Position numbers and translations under genes: made by a program. Below are positions 1-11,145 of a stretch of 64,000 nucleotides of DNA, piece by piece. How positions within the stretch are numbered: position 1 is the first letter of the stretch; every line of letters begins with the position of its first letter. The stretch lies in assembly GCF_003334785.1 (NCBI RefSeq), contig NZ_QOWV01000007.1; one strand, written 5' to 3'. The notes under the pieces were generated by a model, which saw only the letters and a program-made list of their open reading frames with translations, made no database searches and was not told the DNA's origin. Source of the DNA: Escherichia coli. Lineage in GTDB: Bacteria > Pseudomonadota > Gammaproteobacteria > Enterobacterales > Enterobacteriaceae.

Positions 1-755
1 ACCCGCCTCGTGAAGTTCCCGGTGCCGCAGAAACTATCCTGCGCCAGCTGGAACATTACGGTCTGCACTGGGACGGCGATGTTCTCTGGCAATCGCAACG
101 TCACGACGCCTATCGTGAAGCACTCGCCTGGTTACATGAACAAGGACTAAGTTATTACTGCACCTGTACGCGTGCGCGTATTCAAAGCATTGGCGGTATT
201 TACGACGGTCATTGCCGGGTGTTGCATCATGGACCAGACAACGCCGCAGTGCGTATCCGCCAGCAGCATCCGGTCACGCAATTTACTGACCAGCTGCGCG
301 GCATTATTCACGCCGACGAAAAACTGGCACGGGAAGATTTTATCATTCATCGCCGTGATGGGTTGTTCGCCTACAACCTGGCTGTTGTGGTTGATGATCA
401 TTTCCAGGGCGTTACAGAAATAGTGCGTGGGGCTGATCTGATTGAACCAACAGTAAGGCAAATCTCGCTGTACCAGCTTTTTGGCTGGAAAGTGCCAGAT
501 TACATTCATCTGCCGCTGGCGCTTAATCCACAAGGCGCTAAACTTTCCAAGCAGAATCATGCGCCTGCGTTGCCGAAAGGCGATCCACGCCCGGTACTAA
601 TCGCGGCACTTCAATTTCTGGGGCAGCAGGCAGAAGCACACTGGCAGGATTTCAGCGTCGAGCAAATCCTTCAGTCAGCCGTCAAAAACTGGCGGCTTAC
701 CGCCGTGCCCGAGTCGGCAATTGTAAATTCAACATTCTCAAATGCGTCATGCTGA
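1..755 (+). CDS. gluQ: Glutamyl-Q tRNA(Asp) synthetase, 5'-truncated by window edge
   Basis: Open frame from window start to stop at 755; the 178-aa ORF-track segment (219..755) has truncated class I glutamyl-tRNA synthetase-like sequence; sits immediately upstream of pcnB as in K-12. Confidence 0.85.
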   Translation, partial: PPREVPGAAETILRQLEHYGLHWDGDVLWQSQRHDAYREALAWLHEQGLSYYCTCTRARIQSIGGIYDGHCRVLHHGPDNAAVRIRQQHPVTQFTDQLRGIIHADEKLAREDFIIHRRDGLFAYNLAVVVDDHFQGVTEIVRGADLIEPTVRQISLYQLFGWKVPDYIHLPLALNPQGAKLSKQNHAPALPKGDPRPVLIAALQFLGQQAEAHWQDFSVEQILQSAVKNWRLTAVPESAIVNSTFSNASC

Positions 756-814
756 GCTATGATTAGCCGCTATTTTTTTGTCCTGAATGATGTTTGACAC
801 TACCGAGGTGTACT

Positions 815-2212
815 ATTTTTACCCGAGTCGCTAATTTTTGCCGCAAGGTGCTAAGCCGCGAGGAAAGCGAGGCTGAACAGGCAGTCGCCCGTCCACAGGT
901 GACGGTGATCCCGCGTGAGCAGCATGCTATTTCCCGCAAAGATATCAGTGAAAATGCCCTGAAGGTAATGTACAGGCTCAATAAAGCGGGATACGAAGCC
1001 TGGCTGGTTGGCGGCGGCGTGCGCGACCTGTTACTTGGCAAAAAGCCGAAAGATTTTGACGTAACCACTAACGCCACGCCTGAGCAGGTGCGCAAACTGT
1101 TCCGTAACTGCCGCCTGGTGGGTCGCCGTTTCCGTCTGGCTCATGTAATGTTTGGCCCGGAGATTATCGAAGTTGCGACCTTCCGTGGACACCACGAAGG
1201 TAACGTCAGCGACCGCACGACCTCCCAACGCGGGCAAAACGGCATGTTGCTGCGCGACAACATTTTCGGCTCCATCGAAGAAGACGCCCAGCGCCGCGAT
1301 TTCACTATCAACAGCCTGTATTACAGCGTAGCGGATTTTACCGTCCGTGATTACGTTGGCGGCATGAAGGATCTGAAGGACGGCGTTATCCGTCTGATTG
1401 GTAACCCGGAAACGCGCTACCGTGAAGATCCGGTACGTATGCTGCGCGCGGTACGTTTTGCCGCCAAATTGGGTATGCGCATCAGCCCGGAAACCGCAGA
1501 ACCGATCCCTCGCCTCGCTACCCTGCTGAACGATATCCCACCGGCACGCCTGTTTGAAGAATCGCTTAAACTGCTACAAGCGGGCTACGGTTACGAAACC
1601 TATAAGCTGTTGTGTGAATATCATCTGTTCCAGCCGCTGTTCCCGACCATTACCCGCTACTTCACGGAAAATGGCGACAGCCCGATGGAGCGGATCATTG
1701 AACAGGTGCTGAAGAATACCGATACGCGTATCCATAACGATATGCGCGTGAACCCGGCGTTCCTGTTTGCCGCCATGTTCTGGTACCCACTGCTGGAGAC
1801 GGCACAGAAGATCGCCCAGGAAAGCGGCCTGACCTATCACGACGCTTTCGCGCTGGCGATGAACGACGTGCTGGACGAAGCCTGCCGTTCACTGGCAATC
1901 CCGAAACGTCTGACGACATTAACCCGCGATATCTGGCAGTTGCAGTTGCGTATGTCCCGTCGTCAGGGTAAACGCGCATGGAAACTGCTGGAGCATCCTA
2001 AGTTCCGTGCGGCTTATGACCTGTTGGCCTTGCGAGCTGAAGTTGAGCGTAACGCTGAACTGCAGCGTCTGGTGAAATGGTGGGGTGAGTTCCAGGTTTC
2101 CGCGCCACCAGACCAAAAAGGGATGCTCAACGAGCTGGATGAAGAACCGTCACCGCGTCGTCGTACTCGTCGTCCACGCAAACGCGCACCACGTCGTGAG
2201 GGTACCGCATGA
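815..2212 (+). CDS. pcnB: Poly(A) polymerase I
   Basis: ORF track 794..2212 starts at a TTG; the known protein N-terminus [12 protein letters not shown] corresponds to an AUU codon at 815..817. Nucleotidyltransferase motif [10 protein letters not shown]...DFD present. Confidence 0.9.
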
Positions 2213-2688
2213 CAGTGGCGTATATTGCCATAGGCAGCAATCTGGCCTCTCCGCTGGAGCAGGTCAATGCTGCCCTGAAAGCATTAGGCGATATCCCTGA
2301 AAGCCACATTCTTACCGTTTCTTCGTTTTACCGCACCCCACCGCTGGGGCCGCAAGATCAACCCGATTACTTAAACGCAGCCGTGGCGCTGGAAACCTCT
2401 CTTGCACCTGAAGAGCTACTCAATCACACACAGCGTATTGAATTGCAGCAAGGTCGCGTCCGCAAAGCTGAACGCTGGGGACCACGCACGCTGGATCTCG
2501 ACATCATGCTGTTTGGTAATGAAGTGATAAATACTGAACGCCTGACCGTTCCGCACTACGATATGAAGAATCGTGGATTTATGCTGTGGCCGCTGTTTGA
2601 AATCGCGCCGGAGTTGGTGTTTCCTGATGGGGAGATGTTGCGTCAAATCTTACATACAAGAGCATTTGACAAATTAAACAAATGGTAA
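2209..2688 (+). CDS. folK: 6-hydroxymethyl-7,8-dihydropterin pyrophosphokinase (HPPK)
   Basis: 159-aa ORF, full-length match to HPPK; start overlaps pcnB stop by 4 nt (ATGA). Confidence 0.95.
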
Positions 2689-2690
2689 TT

Positions 2691-2713
2691 TATTTATATT
2701 GCGAATATAAATA
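2691..2713. promoter_or_regulatory. Perfect AT-rich palindrome (10-bp arms, 3-bp centre) just downstream of folK stop
   Basis: tatttatatt-gcg-aatataaata read directly; left arm is the exact reverse complement of the right arm. Confidence 0.4.
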
Positions 2714-2852
2714 TTTTCTGAAAATCATATCTCATCTCTTTCCTTAATTACGATTTTAGTTTAAACATCTCTTTGCGGAAATAATATAACTTCCTATAAA
2801 TAAATATCAATCCCATCTCCATACCCTAACCAATTGCACTTGTGAACTTATT

Positions 2853-2877
2853 TTTACTTAATTTTGAATTAAGTAAA
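2853..2877. promoter_or_regulatory. Perfect AT-rich palindrome (11-bp arms, 3-bp centre) in yadN upstream region
   Basis: tttacttaatt-ttg-aattaagtaaa read directly; lies about 180 bp upstream of the yadN start in a 369-bp AT-rich intergenic region. Confidence 0.4.
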
Positions 2878-3057
2878 TTTAATTTGTTCAAAAGCTTCTA
2901 AAGTGCACAATAGGCGACCTAATGAACAATGGTTGTAAATTTGGGTAACAAATATCATTGCTCATTAATATCTAACATTTGTTTCTCCTATTTGTGTCAT
3001 GAATAGTCATTCTTCAAACATGTAGTCTGACTAATGGAATTTTATTAAAGGATTTTT

Positions 3058-3642
3058 ATGTCTAAAAAATTAGGTTTTGCCCTGTCTGGTCTTATGCTGG
3101 CGATGGTTGCAGGTACTGCTTCTGCTGATATGGACGGCGGTCAGTTAAATATCAGTGGTCTGGTTGTTGATAACACCTGTGAAACCCGCGTTGACGGCGG
3201 TAACAAGGATGGTCTGATCCTGCTGCAAACCGCAACCGTTGGTGAAATCGATGCTGGCGTACTGAATGACACCGTTGGCGCTAAAGCTAAACCTTTCAGC
3301 ATCACCGTTGACTGCAGCAAAGCAAATCCGAATCCAGGTAGCACGGCTAAAATGACCTTCGGTTCTGTTTTCTTTGGTAACAGCAAAGGGACTTTGAACA
3401 ACGACATGTCTATTAACAACCCATCTGACGGCGTTAATATCGCTCTACACAATATTGATGGTTCCACTATCAAACAGGTTCAAATTAACAACCCTGGCGA
3501 TGTGTATACTAAAGCCCTGGATGCAACGACAAAATCTGCTGTTTATGATTTTAAAGCGTCTTACGTTCGTGCCGTCGCAGACCAAACAGCAACTGCTGGT
3601 TATGTAAAAACTAACACTGCATACACCATTACTTATCAGTAA
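3058..3642 (+). CDS. yadN: Fimbrial major subunit (chaperone-usher pilin)
   Basis: 194 aa with signal peptide, conserved Cys pair and C-terminal donor-strand-type tail TAYTITYQ; first gene of a chaperone-usher operon. Confidence 0.9.
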
Positions 3643-3739
3643 GTATTCACCAGTTAAATTGATTGAATGAATATACAGGGAATAATAATTTCTATTTTAT
3701 ATTATTCCCTGTTTTAATTAACTCTATCAGGGATGGTTT

Positions 3740-4480
3740 ATGTTTTTTAACACCAAACATACAACAGCTTTATGCTTCGTAACCTGTATGGCTTTTAGTT
3801 CATCGTCTATTGCGGACATTGTCATTTCGGGTACTCGCGTAATATATAAAAGCGATCAAAAAAGTGTCAACGTACGTCTGGAAAATAAAGGGAATAACCC
3901 GTTGCTTGTCCAGAGTTGGTTAGATACTGGCGATGACAACGCTGAGCCTGGCAGTATTACAGTCCCTTTTACTGCTACGCCGCCAGTATCGCGTATTGAT
4001 GCCAAACGTGGGCAAACAATCAAATTAATGTACACAGCCAGCACCTCACTGCCTAAAGACAGAGAGAGCGTGTTCTGGTTTAACGTACTGGAAGTTCCAC
4101 CAAAACCAGATGCAGAAAAGGTCGCGAATCAAAGCCTGCTGCAACTGGCATTTCGCACACGTATAAAACTTTTCTATCGCCCGGATGGATTGAAGGGAAA
4201 TCCCTCTGAAGCCCCGTTAGCCCTGAAGTGGTTCTGGTCAGGTTCAGAAGGTAAGGCGTCATTACGAGTGACCAATCCAACCCCTTACTACGTCTCTTTT
4301 AGCAGTGGTGATTTAGAAGCTAGCGGTAAACGCTATCCGATTGATGTGAAAATGATTGCACCATTTAGTGATGAGGTCATGAAAGTCAATGGCCTTAATG
4401 GCAAAGCGAATTCTGCAAAAGTGCATTTTTACGCCATTAATGACTTTGGTGGCGCAATTGAAGGTAATGCCAGGCTGTAA
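3740..4480 (+). CDS. yadV: Periplasmic fimbrial chaperone (PapD-like)
   Basis: 246 aa with signal peptide and PapD-family chaperone fold; sits between pilin and usher genes. Confidence 0.9.
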   Translation: MFFNTKHTTALCFVTCMAFSSSSIADIVISGTRVIYKSDQKSVNVRLENKGNNPLLVQSWLDTGDDNAEPGSITVPFTATPPVSRIDAKRGQTIKLMYTASTSLPKDRESVFWFNVLEVPPKPDAEKVANQSLLQLAFRTRIKLFYRPDGLKGNPSEAPLALKWFWSGSEGKASLRVTNPTPYYVSFSSGDLEASGKRYPIDVKMIAPFSDEVMKVNGLNGKANSAKVHFYAINDFGGAIEGNARL

Positions 4481-4514
4481 TCAGGCAAGGATATAATTCC
4501 GCAGGAAGCATAGC

Positions 4515-7112
4515 GTGACTATAGAATATACTAAAAATTATCATCATCTGACCCGTATCGCCACGTTTTGCGCGCTGCTGTATTGCAATACTGCTTTCAG
4601 TGCTGAACTCGTTGAATATGACCATACCTTCCTGATGGGGCAGAATGCATCTAATATTGATCTCAGCCGGTACAGTGAAGGTAACCCCGCTATACCGGGT
4701 GTTTACGACGTCAGTGTTTATGTAAACGACCAACCAATCATTAACCAAAGTATTACATTTGTCGCAATTGAAGGAAAAAAGAACGCCCAGGCTTGTATCA
4801 CATTAAAGAATTTATTGCAGTTTCATATTAATTCTCCCGATATAAATAACGAAAAAGCCGTTCTGCTTGCCAGGGATGAAACGCTCGGCAATTGCCTCAA
4901 TTTGACGGAAATTATCCCTCAGGCTTCTGTTCGTTATGACGTTAACGATCAACGTCTGGATATAGACGTTCCTCAAGCCTGGGTAATGAAAAATTACCAA
5001 AACTATGTTGATCCATCGTTATGGGAAAACGGCATTAATGCGGCCATGTTGTCATACAACCTCAACGGATATCATAGTGAAACCCCTGGTCGAAAAAATG
5101 AAAGCATTTATGCTGCATTTAACGGTGGGATGAATTTAGGTGCATGGCGACTGCGTGCCTCGGGCAACTACAACTGGATGACCGATTCTGGCAGTAATTA
5201 TGATTTTAAGAATCGGTATGTTCAGCGTGATATCGCCTCGCTGCGTTCTCAACTCATTCTTGGTGAGTCTTATACGACGGGCGAAACCTTTGATTCCGTC
5301 AGTATCCGAGGCATTCGTTTATACAGTGACAGCCGCATGTTGCCTCCGACTTTAGCCAGCTTTGCGCCTATCATTCATGGCGTTGCCAATACCAACGCCA
5401 AAGTCACTATTACGCAAGGTGGCTATAAGATTTATGAAACGACGGTGCCGCCAGGCGCTTTCGTCATTGATGATCTGAGTCCGTCAGGGTACGGCAGCGA
5501 TCTTATTGTTACCATCGAAGAATCCGATGGCTCAAAGCGGACATTCTCGCAACCTTTCTCATCCGTTGTTCAAATGTTACGCCCTGGCGTTGGACGTTGG
5601 GATATTAGCGGCGGTCAGGTCTTAAAAGATGATATTCAGGATGAGCCTAATTTATTTCAAGCAAGCTACTACTACGGCCTGAATAACTATCTGACGGGTT
5701 ATACCGGTATTCAGATAACCGATAATAACTATACCGCTGGTTTGTTAGGTCTTGGTCTGAATACTTCAGTTGGTGCATTTTCTTTCGATGTGACTCATTC
5801 CAATGTTCGTATCCCGGATGATAAAACATACCAGGGGCAAAGTTATCGTGTTTCCTGGAACAAGTTATTCGAAGAAACAAGTACTTCACTGAATATCGCG
5901 GCCTATCGCTATTCGACACAGAATTACCTTGGTCTTAATGATGCACTAACTCTAATTGATGAAGTGAAACATCCCGAACAAGATCTTGAACCGAAATCCA
6001 TGCGTAATTACTCACGCATGAAAAATCAGGTTACGGTCAGTATTAACCAACCGTTGAAATTTGAGAAAAAAGATTACGGTTCATTTTATCTTTCCGGAAG
6101 TTGGTCCGATTACTGGGCTTCCGGACAAAATCGTAGCAATTACTCTATTGGCTACAGTAACAGTACATCCTGGGGCAGCTACAGTGTCAGTGCCCAGCGT
6201 TCATGGAATGAAGACGGCGACACTGACGATAGCGTTTATCTTAGTTTCACCATTCCAATTGAAAAATTACTTGGCACTGAACAACGTACTTCAGGTTTCC
6301 AGAGTATTGATACTCAAATAAGCAGTGACTTTAAGGGTAATAACCAACTCAACGTTAGCAGCAGTGGCTATAGCGATAACGCTCGCGTCAGTTATAGCGT
6401 GAATACTGGCTATACGATGAATAAAGCCAGCAAAGATTTGAGTTATGTTGGGGGTTATGCCAGCTATGAGTCACCATGGGGAACGCTGGCAGGTTCAATT
6501 TCTGCAAATAGCGATAACAGCCGTCAAGTTTCTCTCAGCACCGACGGTGGTTTTGTATTGCATAGCGGTGGACTGACTTTCAGTAATGATAGTTTTAGCG
6601 ACTCCGATACACTGGCGGTAGTTCAGGCTCCAGGTGCTCAAGGAGCGCGAATAAATTATGGCAACAGTACTATCGATCGATGGGGTTATGGTGTCACCAG
6701 CGCTCTTTCTCCTTATCATGAAAACCGTATCGCGCTGGATATCAACGATCTTGAGAACGATGTTGAATTAAAAAGTACCAGTGCAGTAGCTGTACCGCGT
6801 CAGGGTTCAGTCGTCTTTGCTGATTTTGAAACCGTGCAAGGGCAATCAGCCATTATGAACATCACACGAAGTGATGGTAAAAATATTCCATTTGCTGCAG
6901 ATATTTATGATGAGCAAGGCAATGTCATTGGTAATGTTGGACAGGGTGGACAAGCATTTGTTCGTGGTATTGAGCAGCAGGGAAATATCAGCATTAAATG
7001 GCTCGAACAAAGTAAACCCGTAAGTTGTCTTGCGCATTATCAACAAAGCCCAGAAGCAGAAAAAATAGCACAATCTATTATTCTGAATGGAATTCGGTGT
7101 CAGATTCAGTAA
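4515..7112 (+). CDS. htrE: Outer-membrane fimbrial usher
   Basis: 865-aa ORF with apparent GTG start; usher-family length and composition. Confidence 0.9.
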   Translation: MTIEYTKNYHHLTRIATFCALLYCNTAFSAELVEYDHTFLMGQNASNIDLSRYSEGNPAIPGVYDVSVYVNDQPIINQSITFVAIEGKKNAQACITLKNLLQFHINSPDINNEKAVLLARDETLGNCLNLTEIIPQASVRYDVNDQRLDIDVPQAWVMKNYQNYVDPSLWENGINAAMLSYNLNGYHSETPGRKNESIYAAFNGGMNLGAWRLRASGNYNWMTDSGSNYDFKNRYVQRDIASLRSQLILGESYTTGETFDSVSIRGIRLYSDSRMLPPTLASFAPIIHGVANTNAKVTITQGGYKIYETTVPPGAFVIDDLSPSGYGSDLIVTIEESDGSKRTFSQPFSSVVQMLRPGVGRWDISGGQVLKDDIQDEPNLFQASYYYGLNNYLTGYTGIQITDNNYTAGLLGLGLNTSVGAFSFDVTHSNVRIPDDKTYQGQSYRVSWNKLFEETSTSLNIAAYRYSTQNYLGLNDALTLIDEVKHPEQDLEPKSMRNYSRMKNQVTVSINQPLKFEKKDYGSFYLSGSWSDYWASGQNRSNYSIGYSNSTSWGSYSVSAQRSWNEDGDTDDSVYLSFTIPIEKLLGTEQRTSGFQSIDTQISSDFKGNNQLNVSSSGYSDNARVSYSVNTGYTMNKASKDLSYVGGYASYESPWGTLAGSISANSDNSRQVSLSTDGGFVLHSGGLTFSNDSFSDSDTLAVVQAPGAQGARINYGNSTIDRWGYGVTSALSPYHENRIALDINDLENDVELKSTSAVAVPRQGSVVFADFETVQGQSAIMNITRSDGKNIPFAADIYDEQGNVIGNVGQGGQAFVRGIEQQGNISIKWLEQSKPVSCLAHYQQSPEAEKIAQSIILNGIRCQIQ

Positions 7113-7128
7113 CTACAAGGGACGTCAA

Positions 7129-7698
7129 ATGATAAAAACAACGCCACATAAAATAGTGATACTGATGGGAATATTATTATCACCCTCAGTATTTGCAACG
7201 GATATTAATGTAGAGTTTACAGCCACTGTCAAAGCGACAACCTGTAACATCACACTTACTGGTAATAACGTCACGAATGATGGCAATAATAACTACACAT
7301 TGAGAATCCCTAAGATGGGTCTGGATAAGATCGCGAATAAAACGACAGAATCTCAGGCTGATTTTAAACTGGTTGCCAGTGGGTGCAGCAGTGGCATCAG
7401 TTGGATTGATACCACTCTGACCGGAAATGCATCATCAAGCTCACCTAAGCTTATTATACCGCAGTCTGGTGATTCATCTTCGACGACAAGTAATATCGGT
7501 ATGGGTTTCAAAAAACGGACTACTGATGATGCCACTTTCCTTAAACCTAACAGTGCGGAAAAGATACGCTGGAGCACAGACGAGATGCAGCCCGATAAGG
7601 GTCTTGAAATGACCGTTGCGCTACGTGAAACAGATGCAGGGCAAGGCGTACCGGGGAATTTTCGTGCACTGGCGACGTTTAATTTCATCTATCAATAA
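7129..7698 (+). CDS. yadM: Fimbrial-like minor subunit
   Basis: ORF track 7087..7698 trimmed to ATG at 7129 (MIKTTPHK..., signal peptide); C-terminal TFNFIYQ pilin tail. Confidence 0.85.
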   Translation: MIKTTPHKIVILMGILLSPSVFATDINVEFTATVKATTCNITLTGNNVTNDGNNNYTLRIPKMGLDKIANKTTESQADFKLVASGCSSGISWIDTTLTGNASSSSPKLIIPQSGDSSSTTSNIGMGFKKRTTDDATFLKPNSAEKIRWSTDEMQPDKGLEMTVALRETDAGQGVPGNFRALATFNFIYQ

Positions 7699-7709
7699 GA
7701 AGGATAATT

Positions 7710-8315
7710 ATGATGACATTTAAAAATTTACGTTATGGATTATCCAGCAGTGTCGTTTTGGCTGCCTCATTGTTCAGCGTACTCTCTTATGCGGCAACAG
7801 ACAGTATTGGACTGACCGTTATTACTACTGTAGAAATGGGTACTTGTACCGCTACATTAGTAAATGACTCTGATCAGGACATTTCTGTTGTTGATTTTGG
7901 TGATGTATATATTTCTGAAATCAATGCCAAGACCAAAGTAAAAACATTCAAACTCAAATTCAAAGACTGTGCGGGTATCCCCAATAAAAAAGCGCAAATA
8001 AAATTAACCAAGCGAGCCACATGCGAGGGAACTGCTAATGACGGTGCGGGGTTTGCAAATGGTTCCACAGCCGCAGATAAAGCAAGTGCTGTCGCCGTTG
8101 AAGTCTGGAGCACTGTAACTCCGGCAACAGGGAGTGCAACACAATTTAGCTGTGTAACACCAGCATCACAAGAGGTAACAATCTCCACTGCAGCCAATGC
8201 GGTCGTTTATTATCCGATGAGTGCACGCCTGGTCGTGGAAAAAAATAAAACCGTAAACAATGTCACTGCGGGTAAGTTTTCTGCACCAGCCACATTTACA
8301 GTAACCTATAACTAA
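7710..8315 (+). CDS. yadL: Fimbrial-like minor subunit
   Basis: 201 aa, signal peptide, C-terminal TFTVTYN pilin tail. Confidence 0.85.
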   Translation: MMTFKNLRYGLSSSVVLAASLFSVLSYAATDSIGLTVITTVEMGTCTATLVNDSDQDISVVDFGDVYISEINAKTKVKTFKLKFKDCAGIPNKKAQIKLTKRATCEGTANDGAGFANGSTAADKASAVAVEVWSTVTPATGSATQFSCVTPASQEVTISTAANAVVYYPMSARLVVEKNKTVNNVTAGKFSAPATFTVTYN

Positions 8316-8341
8316 CAGACTTACAGATTCAGGAACTATAT

Positions 8342-8938
8342 ATGCATCCCACTCAACGTAAGCTGATGAAGAGAATAATTCTGTTTCTGTCATTACTGTT
8401 TTGCATCGCCTGTCCAGCCATTGCTGGACAGGATATTGACCTTGTTGCCAATGTAAAAAACAGCACCTGCAAAAGCGGAATCAGTAACCAGGGTAATATT
8501 GATCTTGGCGTCGTTGGGGTGGGATATTTTTCAGGTAATGTTACTCCTGAAAGTTATCAACCAGGTGGAAAAGAGTTCACTATCACTGTATCCGACTGTG
8601 CATTACAGGGAACTGGCGATGTGCTAAATCAGTTACATATTGATTTTAGAGCCCTTAGCGGTGTCATGGCTGCTGGCTCTAGGCAAATATTTGCTAATGA
8701 AATTTCGTCAGGAGCAAGTAATGTAGGAGTAGTTATATTTTCTACTCAGGATTCGGCGAATACATTCAATGTTCTTAATGCTTCAGGCGGATCTCGTTCC
8801 GTTTATCCAGTAATGTCGGATGACATGAATGGTTCATCCTGGAAATTTAGCACCCGAATGCAAAAAATCGATCCTGCATTGAGTGTTACATCTGGTCAAC
8901 TTATGAGCCATGTGTTAGTGGATATTTACTACGAATAA
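8342..8938 (+). CDS. yadK: Fimbrial-like minor subunit
   Basis: 198 aa, signal peptide, pilin-like C-terminus. Confidence 0.85.
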   Translation: MHPTQRKLMKRIILFLSLLFCIACPAIAGQDIDLVANVKNSTCKSGISNQGNIDLGVVGVGYFSGNVTPESYQPGGKEFTITVSDCALQGTGDVLNQLHIDFRALSGVMAAGSRQIFANEISSGASNVGVVIFSTQDSANTFNVLNASGGSRSVYPVMSDDMNGSSWKFSTRMQKIDPALSVTSGQLMSHVLVDIYYE

Positions 8939-8987
8939 CAAACAAAAACAGCGCAAACCATAACAATAAAGAAACATTGGAGTAAAA

Positions 8988-10226
8988 ATGAAGACTATCT
9001 TCAGGTACATTCTTTTTTTAGCACTGTATTCTTGTTGTAATACAGTCAGTGCATATACAAGTTTTATTGTGGGAAATAATGCAGGAGTTGATAACTATCG
9101 AGGCCCCTCCACTGCCGCACAGATGACCTTTAATTACACATCAACAGCAAGCAACTTGGTTTTTTATAAACCCACGCAGCTCGGCCCGACTGGGGTAAAA
9201 ATGTACTGGTCATACCTGGATACAGGTACCGGTGGTGGTATTCTTTACTGCAATACATCTGGCAGAGCGAATCCTGGTCCAATAACTATTGAAAATGCCA
9301 TGGTCTATTCAGGTAAAGATTATGGCGGACATAAACTATTTAATACATCTGTTCCTGGTCTGTATTACACCATGTTAATATCAAGGGTCTGGTCTGCATA
9401 CGATACAATAACTGACATTCAATCGCCAGGAATCTATATCGGAGATCCTTCCAACCAAGAATTTTTCTTTTCCGTCACAGACAGCGATCTACAAACTAAG
9501 GGTTGCAACAAAGCAGACGACTACGATAAGTTTTGGGCTATTGGTGGTATAGTACACAACATAACTGTTGAATTTTATACAGATACTAATTTCGATCCTA
9601 CACTTAATCAGCAAGTCCAGTTATCCAGTTCATCAAATTACCTTTATTCGTTTAAGGCCTACAGTCCTGGTACAAAAGTTGTAGATCACAGCAACCACAT
9701 TTATGTCAATTTCACACTGAATAATGTCAAATTAACCTTACCAACATGTTTTACCTCCATACTTACCGGGCCATCAGTCAATGGTTCAACGGTTAGAATG
9801 GGAGAATATAGCTCTGGGACAATTAAAAATGGCGCTTCACCTGTTCCCTTTGATATCTCGCTTCAGAATTGTATTCGTGTGCGTAATATTGAAACAAAAC
9901 TCGTCACTGGAAAAGTAGGTACTCAAAACACACAACTGCTTGGTAATACGCTTACTGGAAGCACTGCCGCCAAAGGCGTTGGCGTACTCATTGAAGGTTT
10001 AGCAACCAGTAAAAATCCGCTAATGACATTAAAACCTAATGATACGAATTCTGTTTATATAGATTATGAAACCGAAGATGACACCTCCGATGGGGTTTAC
10101 CCTAATCAAGGTAACGGCACATCACAGCCTCTTCATTTCCAGGCAACATTAAAGCAAGACGGGAATATTGCTATCGAACCCGGCGAATTTAAAGCCACCA
10201 GTACTTTCCAGGTAACCTATCCCTGA
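8988..10226 (+). CDS. yadC: Putative fimbrial tip adhesin (two-domain pilin-like protein)
   Basis: 412 aa, signal peptide, C-terminal TFQVTYP pilin tail with a long N-terminal extension typical of tip adhesins. Confidence 0.85.
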
Positions 10227-10229
10227 TAA

Positions 10230-10266
10230 CGTAGCAGCACTGTCACCTTCTGGCAGTGCTGCTACG
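10230..10266 (+). terminator. Hairpin downstream of yadC (13-bp perfect stem), candidate terminator of the yad operon
   Basis: cgtagcagcactg / cagtgctgctacg inverted repeat read directly; no strong U-run, so intrinsic termination is uncertain. Confidence 0.4.
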
Positions 10267-10339
10267 GATAAATCATTGCCCCCACCAATGTGACTGATAA
10301 AATGCCAGACAGCACAACATCAATTTATCAGGATACGTT

Positions 10340-11134
10340 ATGAAACCGACCACCATCTCCTTACTGCAGAAGTACAAACAGGAAAAAAAACGTTTCGCGA
10401 CCATCACCGCTTATGACTATAGCTTCGCCAAACTCTTTGCTGATGAAGGGCTTAACGTCATGCTGGTGGGCGATTCGCTGGGCATGACGGTTCAGGGGCA
10501 CGACTCCACCCTGCCAGTTACCGTTGCCGATATCGCCTACCACACTGCCGCCGTACGTCGCGGCGCACCAAACTGCCTGCTGCTGGCTGACCTGCCGTTT
10601 ATGGCGTATGCCACGCCGGAACAAGCCTTCGAAAACGCCGCAACGGTTATGCGTGCCGGTGCTAACATGGTCAAAATTGAAGGCGGTGAGTGGCTGGTAG
10701 AAACCGTACAAATGCTGACCGAACGTGCCGTTCCTGTATGTGGTCACTTAGGTTTAACACCACAGTCAGTGAATATTTTCGGTGGCTACAAAGTTCAGGG
10801 GCGCGGCGATGAAGCGGGCGATCAACTGCTCAGCGATGCATTAGCCTTAGAAGCTGCTGGGGCACAGCTGCTGGTGCTGGAATGCGTGCCGGTTGAACTG
10901 GCAAAACGTATTACCGAAGCACTGGCGATCCCGGTTATTGGCATTGGCGCAGGCAACGTCACTGACGGGCAGATCCTCGTGATGCACGACGCCTTTGGTA
11001 TTACCGGCGGTCACATTCCTAAATTCGCTAAAAATTTCCTCGCCGAAACGGGCGACATCCGCGCGGCTGTGCGGCAGTATATGGCTGAAGTGGAGTCCGG
11101 CGTTTATCCGGGCGAAGAACACAGTTTCCATTAA
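10340..11134 (+). CDS. panB: 3-methyl-2-oxobutanoate hydroxymethyltransferase
   Basis: 264 aa, full-length match to PanB. Confidence 0.95.
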
Positions 11135-11145
11135 GGAGTCACGTT

